The notes under the pieces were generated by a model, which saw nothing but the letters and a program-made list of their open reading frames with translations, searched no databases and was not told the origin of the DNA. Below, piece by piece: positions 9,872 to 18,696 of a stretch of 35,027 bases of DNA. Each line of letters starts with the position of its first letter. The first letter of the stretch is position 1. Location of the stretch: assembly GCA_943323675.2 (NCBI GenBank), contig CALPIR020000002.1, positions 1 to 35,027 of the forward strand. The letters are read 5' to 3'. This DNA comes from Chitinophaga pinensis. GTDB lineage: Bacteria > Bacteroidota > Bacteroidia > UKL13-3. Both the position numbers and the translations under genes were made by a program.

Positions 9872-10087
9872 AATTGATTTGTGTTTGTTAGTATTGGCAA
9901 GATACTATTTTGGTACATGGCCAAACAAGTGCTTGCGGGTATATTTTATAGCTTGTTTTTAAAGATTTGATTGATAGTTTATTGGCTTGTTTTATAAAAG
10001 GCAAGCAAACTTAAATCATCCTTTGAATAGTGCTTAAATTGGTTAAATTCGCCCAACTTTTCAAGAAAAAAATTAATAAAACCTGAT

Positions 10088-12943
10088 ATGCAAATCTCAA
10101 GCAACTATCGTGACGAATTTGTAAAACGTCACATCTCACCGATGGAAAATGATACTGAGGCTATGCTAAAAACAATTGGTGTAGCAACTATCGATCAATT
10201 AATTGATGAAACTATTCCATCACACATACGCCTAAAAGATCGAATGAAATTACCTGAAGCAATGGGCGAAATGGAATTATTAGCCATGCTTAAGGAAATT
10301 TCAGAAAAGAATATCATCAACAAAAACTTTATTGGTACTGGTTATTATGGTACTCACACACCAAATGTGGTGCTAAGAAATATATTTGAAAATCCTGGAT
10401 GGTATACAGCTTATACGCCTTATCAAGCAGAAATTGCTCAGGGTCGTTTAGAGGCATTACTAAATTACCAAACCATGATTGTTGATCTAACCGGGATGGA
10501 AATTGCAAACGCAAGTTTGTTAGATGAAAGTACGGCAGCTGCTGAAGCGATGCATATGCTGCACGCTGAAAGTAAAAACGATAAAGCAACGAAGTTTTTT
10601 GTTTCTGAATTGTGCTTTCCGCAAACCATTGATGTGTTAAAGACACGTACCGAACCTATAGGTGTTGAGTTGGTAATTGGTAACCATGATACCATCACGT
10701 TTGATGAAACTTATTTTGGTGCATTAATTCAATACCCAGCTGGCAATGGCGAGGTGTTTGATTACAGTTCATTTATGGCTAAAGCTATTGCTATGGGCGT
10801 AAAGGTAGCTGTTGCTGCAGATTTATTAAGTTTAACTTTATTAACCCCTCCAGGCGAGTGGGGGGCTGATGTGGTATTAGGTTCTGCACAACGTTTTGGT
10901 GTGCCAATGGGTTACGGTGGACCGCACGCAGGTTACTTTGCAACTAAAGACGCCTACAAGAGACAAATGCCAGGTCGTTTAATTGGTGTGTCGATTGATG
11001 CTCAAGGTAACAAAGCCTTGCGTATGGCTTTGCAAACGCGCGAGCAACATATTAAACGCGAAAAAGCAACATCAAATATTTGTACTGCACAAGTATTACT
11101 TTCAATAATGGCCAGCATGTATGGTGTTTACCATGGCCCTAAAGGATTAAAAGGAATTGCATCACGAGTACACGGATTAACAGCACAGTTAGGTAATGTA
11201 TTAAACGAGGTTGGTTTCAAACAAAAAAACAATCACTTTTTTGATACTTTGTTGGTTGAAGTGCCAAGTGCAGATAAAGCGGTTACTGATTGCGAAACTA
11301 AATCGATTAATATTCGTAAAGTAGATGATAAACACATTGGTATATCATTAGATGAAACGCACACAATAACTGATGTAAATGCATTGATATCTGCATTAAC
11401 AGGAAAAGAATCACATTTAAAGGCTCACGATACAACTGGTGTTCATACCCCTGCTAACTATACACGTGTAAGCGATTTTATGACACATGAGGTATTTAAT
11501 TCATACCACAGTGAGCATGAAATGCTGCGTTACATCAAATTGTTAGAATCAAAAGATTTATCGCTTTGCCATAGTATGATTGCATTAGGATCATGTACCA
11601 TGAAACTTAACGCTACAGCCGAAATGATTCCGGTTACCATGCCTGGATTTGGAGCTATGCATCCATTTGTGCCTCGCAACCAAGCCACTGGTTATACTCA
11701 AATATTTAACGAGCTAACTGATTACTTAAAAGAAGTAACTGGTTTTGCGGGTATGAGTTTGCAACCCAACTCAGGTGCATCAGGTGAGTACGCAGGTTTA
11801 ATGGTGATACGCGAGTACTTAAAATCAATAGGTCAAGGACACCGTAATATTGCTTTAATTCCTTCATCGGCACATGGTACTAACCCAGCAAGTGCTGCTA
11901 TGGCAGGAATGAAGGTTGTTGTTACTAAAACATTAGATAATGGTTATGTTGATATCGATGATTTGCGTGAAAAAGCAGAATTATACAAAGACAATTTAGC
12001 TTGTTTAATGGTTACTTATCCAAGTACTTATGGTGTATTTGAAGAACGTATTACTGAAGTTTGTGATTTAATTCATCAAAATGGAGGACAGGTTTATATG
12101 GACGGGGCTAACATGAATGCACAAGTTGGACTAACAAGCCCAGCAAATATAGGTGCCGATGTTTGCCACTTAAACTTACATAAAACATTCTGCATTCCTC
12201 ATGGTGGTGGTGGGCCAGGTATGGGCCCAATTGGTGTAGCAGCTCATTTGGTTCCTTTTTTACCAGGGCATGCAGTAGTTGATATGCAAGTTGGACATCA
12301 CGCCATGACCGCAGTAAGTGCTGCACCTTGGGGTAGTGCATCAATATTGTTAATCTCTTATGCATACATCCGTTTAATGGGTACACAAGGATTAGAAGAT
12401 GCAACTAAATATGCAATTTTAAATGCTAACTACATTAAAGCACGTTTAGAGAAGCATTATGAGATTTTGTACACAGGTAGTAACGGTCGTTGTGCACATG
12501 AAATGATTTTAGATACACGTGTATTTAAGGGAGCAAGCGGAATAGAGGCAGAAGACATTGCTAAGCGTTTAATTGATTATGGTTTCCATGCACCTACTAT
12601 GAGTTTTCCTGTTGCAGGTACCATTATGGTTGAGCCAACAGAAAGTGAACCTAAATCAGAGTTAGATCGTTTTTGTGATGCAATGATTGCCATTAAGCAA
12701 GAAGTAGAGGCTATTATTACTGGTGAAGCTGACAAGACAGATAATCCTTTAAAAAATGCGCCACACACGGCACATGTTGTAACCGCTGATGAATGGAATC
12801 ATAAGTACAGCCGTCAACTAGCTGCTTATCCTTTACCATATGTAAAAGCCGCTAAGTTTTGGCCAACAGTTGGGCGTGTAAATAACACCCACGGAGATAG
12901 AAACTTAATTTGTGCTTGTATTCCTACTGAGGCATACGCATAA
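10088..12943 (+). CDS. gcvP: Glycine dehydrogenase (decarboxylating), single-chain P-protein of the glycine cleavage system
   Basis: 951 aa with [21 protein letters not shown], and the PLP-lysine context [22 protein letters not shown]. Full-length match to the GcvP pattern. Confidence 0.95.
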   Translation: MQISSNYRDEFVKRHISPMENDTEAMLKTIGVATIDQLIDETIPSHIRLKDRMKLPEAMGEMELLAMLKEISEKNIINKNFIGTGYYGTHTPNVVLRNIFENPGWYTAYTPYQAEIAQGRLEALLNYQTMIVDLTGMEIANASLLDESTAAAEAMHMLHAESKNDKATKFFVSELCFPQTIDVLKTRTEPIGVELVIGNHDTITFDETYFGALIQYPAGNGEVFDYSSFMAKAIAMGVKVAVAADLLSLTLLTPPGEWGADVVLGSAQRFGVPMGYGGPHAGYFATKDAYKRQMPGRLIGVSIDAQGNKALRMALQTREQHIKREKATSNICTAQVLLSIMASMYGVYHGPKGLKGIASRVHGLTAQLGNVLNEVGFKQKNNHFFDTLLVEVPSADKAVTDCETKSINIRKVDDKHIGISLDETHTITDVNALISALTGKESHLKAHDTTGVHTPANYTRVSDFMTHEVFNSYHSEHEMLRYIKLLESKDLSLCHSMIALGSCTMKLNATAEMIPVTMPGFGAMHPFVPRNQATGYTQIFNELTDYLKEVTGFAGMSLQPNSGASGEYAGLMVIREYLKSIGQGHRNIALIPSSAHGTNPASAAMAGMKVVVTKTLDNGYVDIDDLREKAELYKDNLACLMVTYPSTYGVFEERITEVCDLIHQNGGQVYMDGANMNAQVGLTSPANIGADVCHLNLHKTFCIPHGGGGPGMGPIGVAAHLVPFLPGHAVVDMQVGHHAMTAVSAAPWGSASILLISYAYIRLMGTQGLEDATKYAILNANYIKARLEKHYEILYTGSNGRCAHEMILDTRVFKGASGIEAEDIAKRLIDYGFHAPTMSFPVAGTIMVEPTESEPKSELDRFCDAMIAIKQEVEAIITGEADKTDNPLKNAPHTAHVVTADEWNHKYSRQLAAYPLPYVKAAKFWPTVGRVNNTHGDRNLICACIPTEAYA

Positions 12944-12970
12944 TAAAAAAGGTTTAATTATTAAACGTAA

Positions 12971-13003
12971 AAGTGGAATCCAATTAAGGATTCCACTTTT
13001 TTT
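12971..13003 (+). terminator. Rho-independent terminator of gcvP
   Basis: Perfect 11-bp stem aagtggaatcc / ggattccactt with a 6-nt loop, followed by a run of T; 28 nt after the gcvP stop. Confidence 0.8.
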
Positions 13004-13274
13004 ATTAAAAATGATAATTTGCCAAATCTTATTTCCTGTACAGAATTTAATGAAGTATGATTATTCATCGTAATGTTTTACAGTAGAGTTTCTACGATTA
13101 AATTTAAAATGATGTTTCAGGAACTAGGTCATAAAACATTGTATTTGCTTTGATACAGCCTTCGGTTATCTTAACTATGTGCTAAATTAATTCTTACCTA
13201 TTAGGGTAAAAATAATTGATGAATTCATCGTTTAGGTTTATAAATGAAAATAATAATTGCCAATGATAAGTCCC

Positions 13275-14252
13275 CTAATTTTCTGGCCTACCAATCATCT
13301 TATTTTCTTCAAGTAGTTTTTGTTGTTCTGTAATTAATGATTTGCGTTCTTCGTCTGTTAATTTTCTAGAGGTTTGTTGAAAGTTGTTTAAGTCAGGCTG
13401 ACCACCATCAACCCAGGCGGTATACCAAATGCTACCAACGGTTAAAACCGATGCTCGTATTCTTCTTTCTACCTGGTTATCTAACATATTGTGGTAAGCT
13501 TCACTATACTCTTTCGAATAAACTTTTATCATGGCTTGGCCACGTTGCTCGTTACTGTATTTTCTATCACTGCCGAAAGTAGTATTGAGTTTTCTCTCAA
13601 AATCAAGTACACTGTCTTTTGCTGCATAACTTCCTTCGCTTGCAGCCCAAGCGGCCATTTGAACGTTATCAATGTACTTGGCACGTCCAACAAAAAAATC
13701 ATACTTATCACTAAATAATTCAGGCAGGCGACTTTCCCAAAATCCATGTATACCGTATTGGTTGGTCTTTTGGCCGTTATAATTTTCTGTAGAGTGCAAA
13801 GGCACATGCGCATCACCAATATAATGACCTATATCAGCCGATATTTTTAAAATACGATCAACATCTTTTGCTTTAAATGCCTCGGTTAATTTATATTTCA
13901 TCAAGCTAATATGCCAAGGCACAATGCCGTAAGCTTTTAAAGTGTCTTCGGTGTATTTGGCAACCGCATCTTTCCAATATTTAGGAACAGTATCTATGGG
14001 TGTAATTGCCTCGTAGTAATCCAAATCAATGTAGTGTCGGCAAGCTTCCTCGGGGTCGCTGTATCTTCGCATGTCTGCATCTACCGCATGTTCGGTGATG
14101 TATTCAATATTGGTTTTATAAAATAACAATAACGATTCGGGTAATGTAAATACGGCTAATCGATTGATCATTTTATGGGCGAAAAACCCCCAACTAAATA
14201 CAGGAATTACCACACAGCAAGCCACTAAAATTAATATTGATTTTCTGATCAC
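13275..14252 (-). CDS. Zinc-dependent phospholipase C / S1-P1 nuclease superfamily protein, membrane-anchored or secreted
   Basis: N-terminal hydrophobic segment followed by WGFFAH. Metal-ligand landmarks are in the P1-nuclease/PLC order: DAD, HYIDLD, HYIGDAHVPLH, IHGFWE. 325 aa. Confidence 0.65.
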   Translation of the reverse strand: MIRKSILILVACCVVIPVFSWGFFAHKMINRLAVFTLPESLLLFYKTNIEYITEHAVDADMRRYSDPEEACRHYIDLDYYEAITPIDTVPKYWKDAVAKYTEDTLKAYGIVPWHISLMKYKLTEAFKAKDVDRILKISADIGHYIGDAHVPLHSTENYNGQKTNQYGIHGFWESRLPELFSDKYDFFVGRAKYIDNVQMAAWAASEGSYAAKDSVLDFERKLNTTFGSDRKYSNEQRGQAMIKVYSKEYSEAYHNMLDNQVERRIRASVLTVGSIWYTAWVDGGQPDLNNFQQTSRKLTDEERKSLITEQQKLLEENKMIGRPEN

Positions 14253-14271
14253 TGGTTAGTTATTTATTCTA

Positions 14272-14634
14272 TTATTCGTTCTCGCGGTTTACTGTATTAA
14301 TACTAAATGCTGGTACACAGCAACTCCAATATTCGCATGGCTCACTGAATGGATTTGAATAACGCACGCGTGTACCTTTTTGTATTAAAATGGTTTGTCC
14401 GGCTTCTAGTATTACTTCATCACCATCTATTTCAAACATTTTTTTACCCTTAATTACAATCGTTACTTCATCAAACATGGGAGTTTGGTATGGTTCACTC
14501 CAATTGGCAGGAGCAATCATGTGGGCAATACTAAAATTTTTTTCACCACTGCTTGCTAATCCGTAATGTTCTTCAATTAATTTTCCATCTGTAGTTGGCA
14601 CTACAAATGGATTGTTTTGTTTGATGTATGGCAT
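14272..14634 (-). CDS. Small cupin-fold protein
   Basis: 120 aa. The pattern E.HYG...F.IAH....W....H.....E....I.G......DG....L..G....I..G.R.....P fits a single-domain cupin barrel. It lies 14 nt after the vWA gene and 19 nt before the Zn-phosphoesterase gene. Confidence 0.6.
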   Translation of the reverse strand: MPYIKQNNPFVVPTTDGKLIEEHYGLASSGEKNFSIAHMIAPANWSEPYQTPMFDEVTIVIKGKKMFEIDGDEVILEAGQTILIQKGTRVRYSNPFSEPCEYWSCCVPAFSINTVNRENE

Positions 14635-14648
14635 ATTTTGATTGCTAT

Positions 14649-15743
14649 CTATTTTACTTTTTTTCGCCTATTTTTTTCGTAATCTTCAAAAACAAAATCG
14701 CCTAGCCCATTTAGACTGCTATAGAATGCTTTACCATTATTGGTTTGCGTAAATTCTTGCACAAACTGCTGCAGGTATGGGTCACTAGCAATCATAAATG
14801 TAGTAATGCTTATACCTAACCTTCGGCATTGCGCGGCTTGGTTTAATGTTTTGTTTATTATTTTCCTGTCTAAACCAAAACTGTTTTTATAATATCCTGC
14901 ACCTTCTTTTAGGCAAGTTGGTTTGCCATCAGTAATCATAAAAATTTGTTTGTTTGGGTTTTTTCGTCTTCTTAGTAAATCCATAGCTAACTCAAGCCCA
15001 GCATATGTATTGGTATGATAAGGACCTACTTGTAAATAAGGCAAGTCTTTTACTTCAATTGGCCATGCATCATTACCAAATACAATTATGTCTAAGGTAT
15101 CTTTTGGATAACGGGTTTTAATTAATTCAGCTAAAGCCATTGCTACTTTTTTAGCTGGTGTAATTCTGTCCTCTCCGTACAAAATCATGCTGTGGCTGAT
15201 ATCAATCATCAACACTGTGCTGGCCTGGCTTTTGTGGTCTTTTTCTCTTACTTCTAAGTCATTTTCAGTAAGTTGAAAAGAGTCAATCCCATGATTGATT
15301 TGAGCATTTTGGATACTCGTGGTAACATCAATTTGATCGGGTAAATCACCAAAAGTAAATTTTCTAGTATCGGCAGTTGCTTCATCACCCAAACCGTTTT
15401 TAGTTGATTGGTGATTGCCTTTTGGTGTTTTTTTTAGCTTACCAAATATTTCGTTTAATGCGTTTTTTCTGATGCTTTGATTGGTTTTTGATGTCGGAAC
15501 AGTCATGCCGTCCTGCGGATCGTCTTTAATGTAACCTTTGTTTTTAAGGTCTTCTATAAAATTACCCATACCATACGAGTTATCAGTAATTTTATACTTT
15601 TTATCCAACTCATTCATCCAATCTAGTGTTTCGGCAACATCACCATTGGTGTATTGCATCAGTTGTAAAAACAACTTTAGCAATTCGTCAAATTTACTGC
15701 CTTGCGGTTCAGGAGTGTACTTATGAAAAATGTGACCTAGCAT
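14649..15743 (-). CDS. von Willebrand factor A (vWA) domain protein, CoxE-like
   Basis: The C-terminal ~190 aa carry a MIDAS-type motif (VLMIDISHSM = DxSxS), then IIVFGNDAW, a conserved T (TNTYAGLELA) and FMITDGKPT. The N-terminal ~170 aa are hydrophilic and unassigned. Confidence 0.75.
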   Translation of the reverse strand: MLGHIFHKYTPEPQGSKFDELLKLFLQLMQYTNGDVAETLDWMNELDKKYKITDNSYGMGNFIEDLKNKGYIKDDPQDGMTVPTSKTNQSIRKNALNEIFGKLKKTPKGNHQSTKNGLGDEATADTRKFTFGDLPDQIDVTTSIQNAQINHGIDSFQLTENDLEVREKDHKSQASTVLMIDISHSMILYGEDRITPAKKVAMALAELIKTRYPKDTLDIIVFGNDAWPIEVKDLPYLQVGPYHTNTYAGLELAMDLLRRRKNPNKQIFMITDGKPTCLKEGAGYYKNSFGLDRKIINKTLNQAAQCRRLGISITTFMIASDPYLQQFVQEFTQTNNGKAFYSSLNGLGDFVFEDYEKNRRKKVK

Positions 15744-15849
15744 AGTGTAAAATTAAGTATTCTGTTTCATAATTAACAATAAATAGTACCAATTGATTTA
15801 GTGTGCTAAATGTTTACAAAAAATACACGCTAAAATTATTACTTGGTGT

Positions 15850-15857
15850 TATGTTTG
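15850..15857 (+). promoter_or_regulatory. Candidate -7 box (TATGTTTG) for the EEP gene
   Basis: Perfect TAnnTTTG 16 nt upstream of the ATG at 15874. No clear -33 element. Confidence 0.35.
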
Positions 15858-15873
15858 TCACCGCTTTAAAATT

Positions 15874-16884
15874 ATGTTCAGACTATTATTTATTTTATCG
15901 GCCATGTTAATTGGCCAAAGTAGCTTTGCCCAGAAAAAGATGTGCATTGCATTTTACAATCAAGAAAATTTGTTTGATACCATTGATGATCCAAATAAAA
16001 ACGACAACGAATTTTTACCATCAGCTAAAAAAGTTTGGAATACAGAGAAGTACATCAATAAAATTGATCACATGGCCAAAGTTATTTCGAGCATGAATGA
16101 ACAACAAGCACCCGATATTATTGGAATGTGTGAAGTTGAGAATGACGCTGTTTTAAAAGATATTGCAGCCGAAAAACAACTTAAAAAAGCTAATTATCAG
16201 ACGGTACATATAGAAGGACCTGACGAACGTAGTATAGACAATGGTCTATTATTCAAAGCTTCATTATTTAAACTAATTCATTCAAAAGCCTTATCGGTGC
16301 ACTTACCAAATACCAAAACCCGCGATATTTTATTGGTGCGTTTAGAGGCCAAAAATAAATCTCAATTAGTGGTGCTAGTTAATCACTTTCCATCACGAAT
16401 TGGTGGAGAAGAAGCCAGCGAATCGAAACGTATTGCTGCAGCCCAAGTTTTAAGAGGTATTTGTGATAGTTTATATAATATCAACCCACAAGAAAATATT
16501 GTTATTATGGGTGATTTTAATGATGAACCAACCAACCGTAGCATGGATAGTGTATTGCGTGCAAGGGCAAACGAATACGATTTAAATAATGGTAATTTAT
16601 TTAATGCCATGTATGAGTTAAAGCAAAACAATGAAGGCTCTCATTATTATAAAGGTCATTTTAGTATGTTAGACCAAATTATACTAAGCAGCAGCATGAC
16701 CAATTGTACTGGAGCAATTTGTTACGATAAAAGTTCGGCAAATATTTATAAACAACCTTGGATGGTAGAGGCCGAAGGCAAATATAAAGGAGCCCCTTTA
16801 CGCACATTTATTGGCGAAAAATACACAAACGGATTTAGCGATCATTTACCAGTTTACATTATGGTTACGTTGAAAAAGAAATAA
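15874..16884 (+). CDS. Secreted endonuclease/exonuclease/phosphatase (EEP) family protein
   Basis: Signal peptide MFRLLFILSAMLIGQSSFAQ. EEP landmarks: FYNQENLFD, GMCEVEN, GDFNDEP, SDHLPV. Confidence 0.8.
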   Translation: MFRLLFILSAMLIGQSSFAQKKMCIAFYNQENLFDTIDDPNKNDNEFLPSAKKVWNTEKYINKIDHMAKVISSMNEQQAPDIIGMCEVENDAVLKDIAAEKQLKKANYQTVHIEGPDERSIDNGLLFKASLFKLIHSKALSVHLPNTKTRDILLVRLEAKNKSQLVVLVNHFPSRIGGEEASESKRIAAAQVLRGICDSLYNINPQENIVIMGDFNDEPTNRSMDSVLRARANEYDLNNGNLFNAMYELKQNNEGSHYYKGHFSMLDQIILSSSMTNCTGAICYDKSSANIYKQPWMVEAEGKYKGAPLRTFIGEKYTNGFSDHLPVYIMVTLKKK

Positions 16885-16905
16885 AAACAGGATAAAATTA
16901 ATAAG

Positions 16906-16939
16906 CGGGGAAGGAGCAACATGTTCTTTCCCCGTTTTT
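16906..16939 (+). terminator. Rho-independent terminator of the EEP gene
   Basis: 10-bp stem cggggaagga / ttctttccccg (one G-U pair), 9-nt loop, then TTTTT; 22 nt after the stop. Confidence 0.75.
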
Positions 16940-17155
16940 GTGATAGGGAGTTTTTATTATCTAGCCTACATCTTTGGTGTTTTGGGGTATTTAAAACAAA
17001 CCTACAAGATGCTTAATAGATATTTAATTAACCATCAATTTCGCCTTTCGCTTGTTAGAACCAAGAGATTTTGAAAGGATTATTATGAGGCTAAGCTTGA
17101 ATCAACCTTTGCTTTAGGATAATAACAGGCAATGCCAGTGACGGTTGAATGATGT

Positions 17156-17188
17156 AAAAAAAAAGCCCCGCAAATTGCGAGGCTTTTA
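17156..17188 (-). terminator. Rho-independent terminator of the ferredoxin gene
   Basis: The minus strand reads aagcctcgcaatttgcggggctt followed by about nine T: a 9-bp GC-rich stem with a 5-nt loop. It begins about 19 nt after the ferredoxin stop (17207). Confidence 0.8.
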
Positions 17189-17206
17189 ACATGTTTTAAT
17201 ACCTGT

Positions 17207-17551
17207 TTAAATGTGCATTCTGGTTTTCTTAAACATCAATTGATCTTGCGACTCTACGTGTTCAGGATCAGGAACACAGCAATCAACTGGGCATACAGCA
17301 GCACATTGTGGTTCTTCATGGAAACCTACACACTCGGTACATTTACCTGTTACAATAAAGTATGTATCGTCCGATTTTGGAGCAAAGCGTTTAGTTGCAT
17401 CAATCGTTTCACCATCAACTTCAATTGTTCCGGTTAACGTATTTCCATCTGACCAAGCCCATTCAGCACCACTTTCGTAAATTGCATTATTAGGACATTC
17501 AGGTTCGCATGCACCGCAGTTGATGCATTCGTCAGTAATCATTATTGCCAT
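17207..17551 (-). CDS. 4Fe-4S dicluster ferredoxin
   Basis: [12 protein letters not shown] (CxxCxxCxxxCP) plus a second cluster motif [18 protein letters not shown]; 114 aa. Confidence 0.85.
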   Translation of the reverse strand: MAIMITDECINCGACEPECPNNAIYESGAEWAWSDGNTLTGTIEVDGETIDATKRFAPKSDDTYFIVTGKCTECVGFHEEPQCAAVCPVDCCVPDPEHVESQDQLMFKKTRMHI

Positions 17552-17637
17552 AAGTCTTCTTTATTTTCTGTTGTTATAACAAATGCAAAATAAGTTTTGT
17601 TGCTTTGCATTAAAAAATATAATTGTTCTAAATAACG

Positions 17638-18651
17638 ATGAATTTTCAACACACCATACAAATACTGTCCCAATTGGGTGCCTTTTTTAAACAAGAAGCT
17701 GCCACAGATAATCCCGTTTTTATTCGTGCATACCAACAAAACCCTTGGTTTACAAACGAGTATGTGAAGAAAGCACTTGGCGCTTGGAGTAGCGAACTAA
17801 CTAACGAAAAATTAAATAATTGGCTAATGAATTATCAAAATACCCCACAACCTCAATCCCAAAAAGTGGTGGTAATAATGGCGGGTAACATCCCATTGGT
17901 TGGTTTACATGATTTATTGTCGGTTCTGTTATGCGGCCACAAGGCAATTGTTAAACTATCTAGCGATGACACAGTGCTAATGAAATGGGTCATTGAAAAC
18001 TTAGTTCGATTGGCTCCTGAATTAAGCACACAAATAGAAATTACTGAAGAACGCTTGCCAAAAGATTTTGATGCTGTAATAGCAACGGGTAGTAATAATA
18101 CCAATCGTTATTTTGAATATTATTTTAAAAATAAATCCTCGTTATTTCGCAAAGCACGAACAAGCGTGGCTGTTTTAACAGGAAATGAAACGCTAGATGA
18201 TTTGCATAAATTAGGCGAAGATATTTTTACCTATTTTGGTTTGGGGTGCCGCAATGTGTCAAAAATTTATCTGCCAGAAGGTTACAATATCGCTACATTT
18301 TATGAAGGTATAGAAGACTTTTTTGATCACATTAATCATAATAAATATGCCAATAATTACACCTACCACAAGGCTATTTTATTGATGAATTTAAACAAGC
18401 ATTTTGATAATAATTTTTTATTGTTGAAGGAGGATAGCGCAATTGCTTCTCCACTTGGAGTAATGTTTTATGAGCACTATTCCGACATTAATGAATTGGC
18501 GCAAACACTCGAATTACAAAAAGAAAACATACAATGTGTGGTGAGTAAAGGCTCTATTAACAATAGTATACCCTTAGGTAGAGCACAACAACCTGAACTA
18601 ACCGATTATGCCGATGGCGTAGACACTGTTAAGTTTTTAATGGAGTTGTAG
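17638..18651 (+). CDS. LuxC-type acyl-CoA reductase family protein
   Basis: 337 aa. NPWFT near the N-terminus, MAGNIPLVGLHD, GLGCRNVSK (candidate catalytic Cys) and overall length match the acyl-CoA reductase (LuxC-like) family common in Bacteroidota. Confidence 0.6.
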   Translation: MNFQHTIQILSQLGAFFKQEAATDNPVFIRAYQQNPWFTNEYVKKALGAWSSELTNEKLNNWLMNYQNTPQPQSQKVVVIMAGNIPLVGLHDLLSVLLCGHKAIVKLSSDDTVLMKWVIENLVRLAPELSTQIEITEERLPKDFDAVIATGSNNTNRYFEYYFKNKSSLFRKARTSVAVLTGNETLDDLHKLGEDIFTYFGLGCRNVSKIYLPEGYNIATFYEGIEDFFDHINHNKYANNYTYHKAILLMNLNKHFDNNFLLLKEDSAIASPLGVMFYEHYSDINELAQTLELQKENIQCVVSKGSINNSIPLGRAQQPELTDYADGVDTVKFLMEL

Positions 18652-18696
18652 TGTTTTATTTTTTACAACACCTTTTATTTCAGCACGGTTTTCTCT

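Noticed and set aside
9872-10087. Looked for a glycine riboswitch upstream of gcvP
   Set aside because: The 216-nt leader is AT-rich. It lacks the conserved GGAGAG...CACCG...CUCUGGAGAG-type cores and any tandem-aptamer symmetry. Only short direct repeats (gcttgtttt) and a possible minus-strand -7 box (caaactta at 10006-10013) are present.
12944-13274. 330-nt gap between convergent gcvP and the Zn-phosphoesterase gene, containing the palindrome gatgaattcatc (13218-13229) and repeated ttcatcgt and ataat(t)tgccaa strings
   Set aside because: Apart from the gcvP terminator there is no extended secondary structure, no tRNA-like arms and no ORF with coding character. The repeats are short enough to occur by chance in AT-rich DNA.
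16885-17206. 320-nt gap between the EEP gene and the ferredoxin gene, examined for a small RNA or tRNA
   Set aside because: I could identify only the two facing terminators (16906-16939 and 17156-17188). There is no cloverleaf-compatible sequence, no conserved ncRNA motif I recognise, and no promoter box. An sRNA cannot be excluded without expression data.
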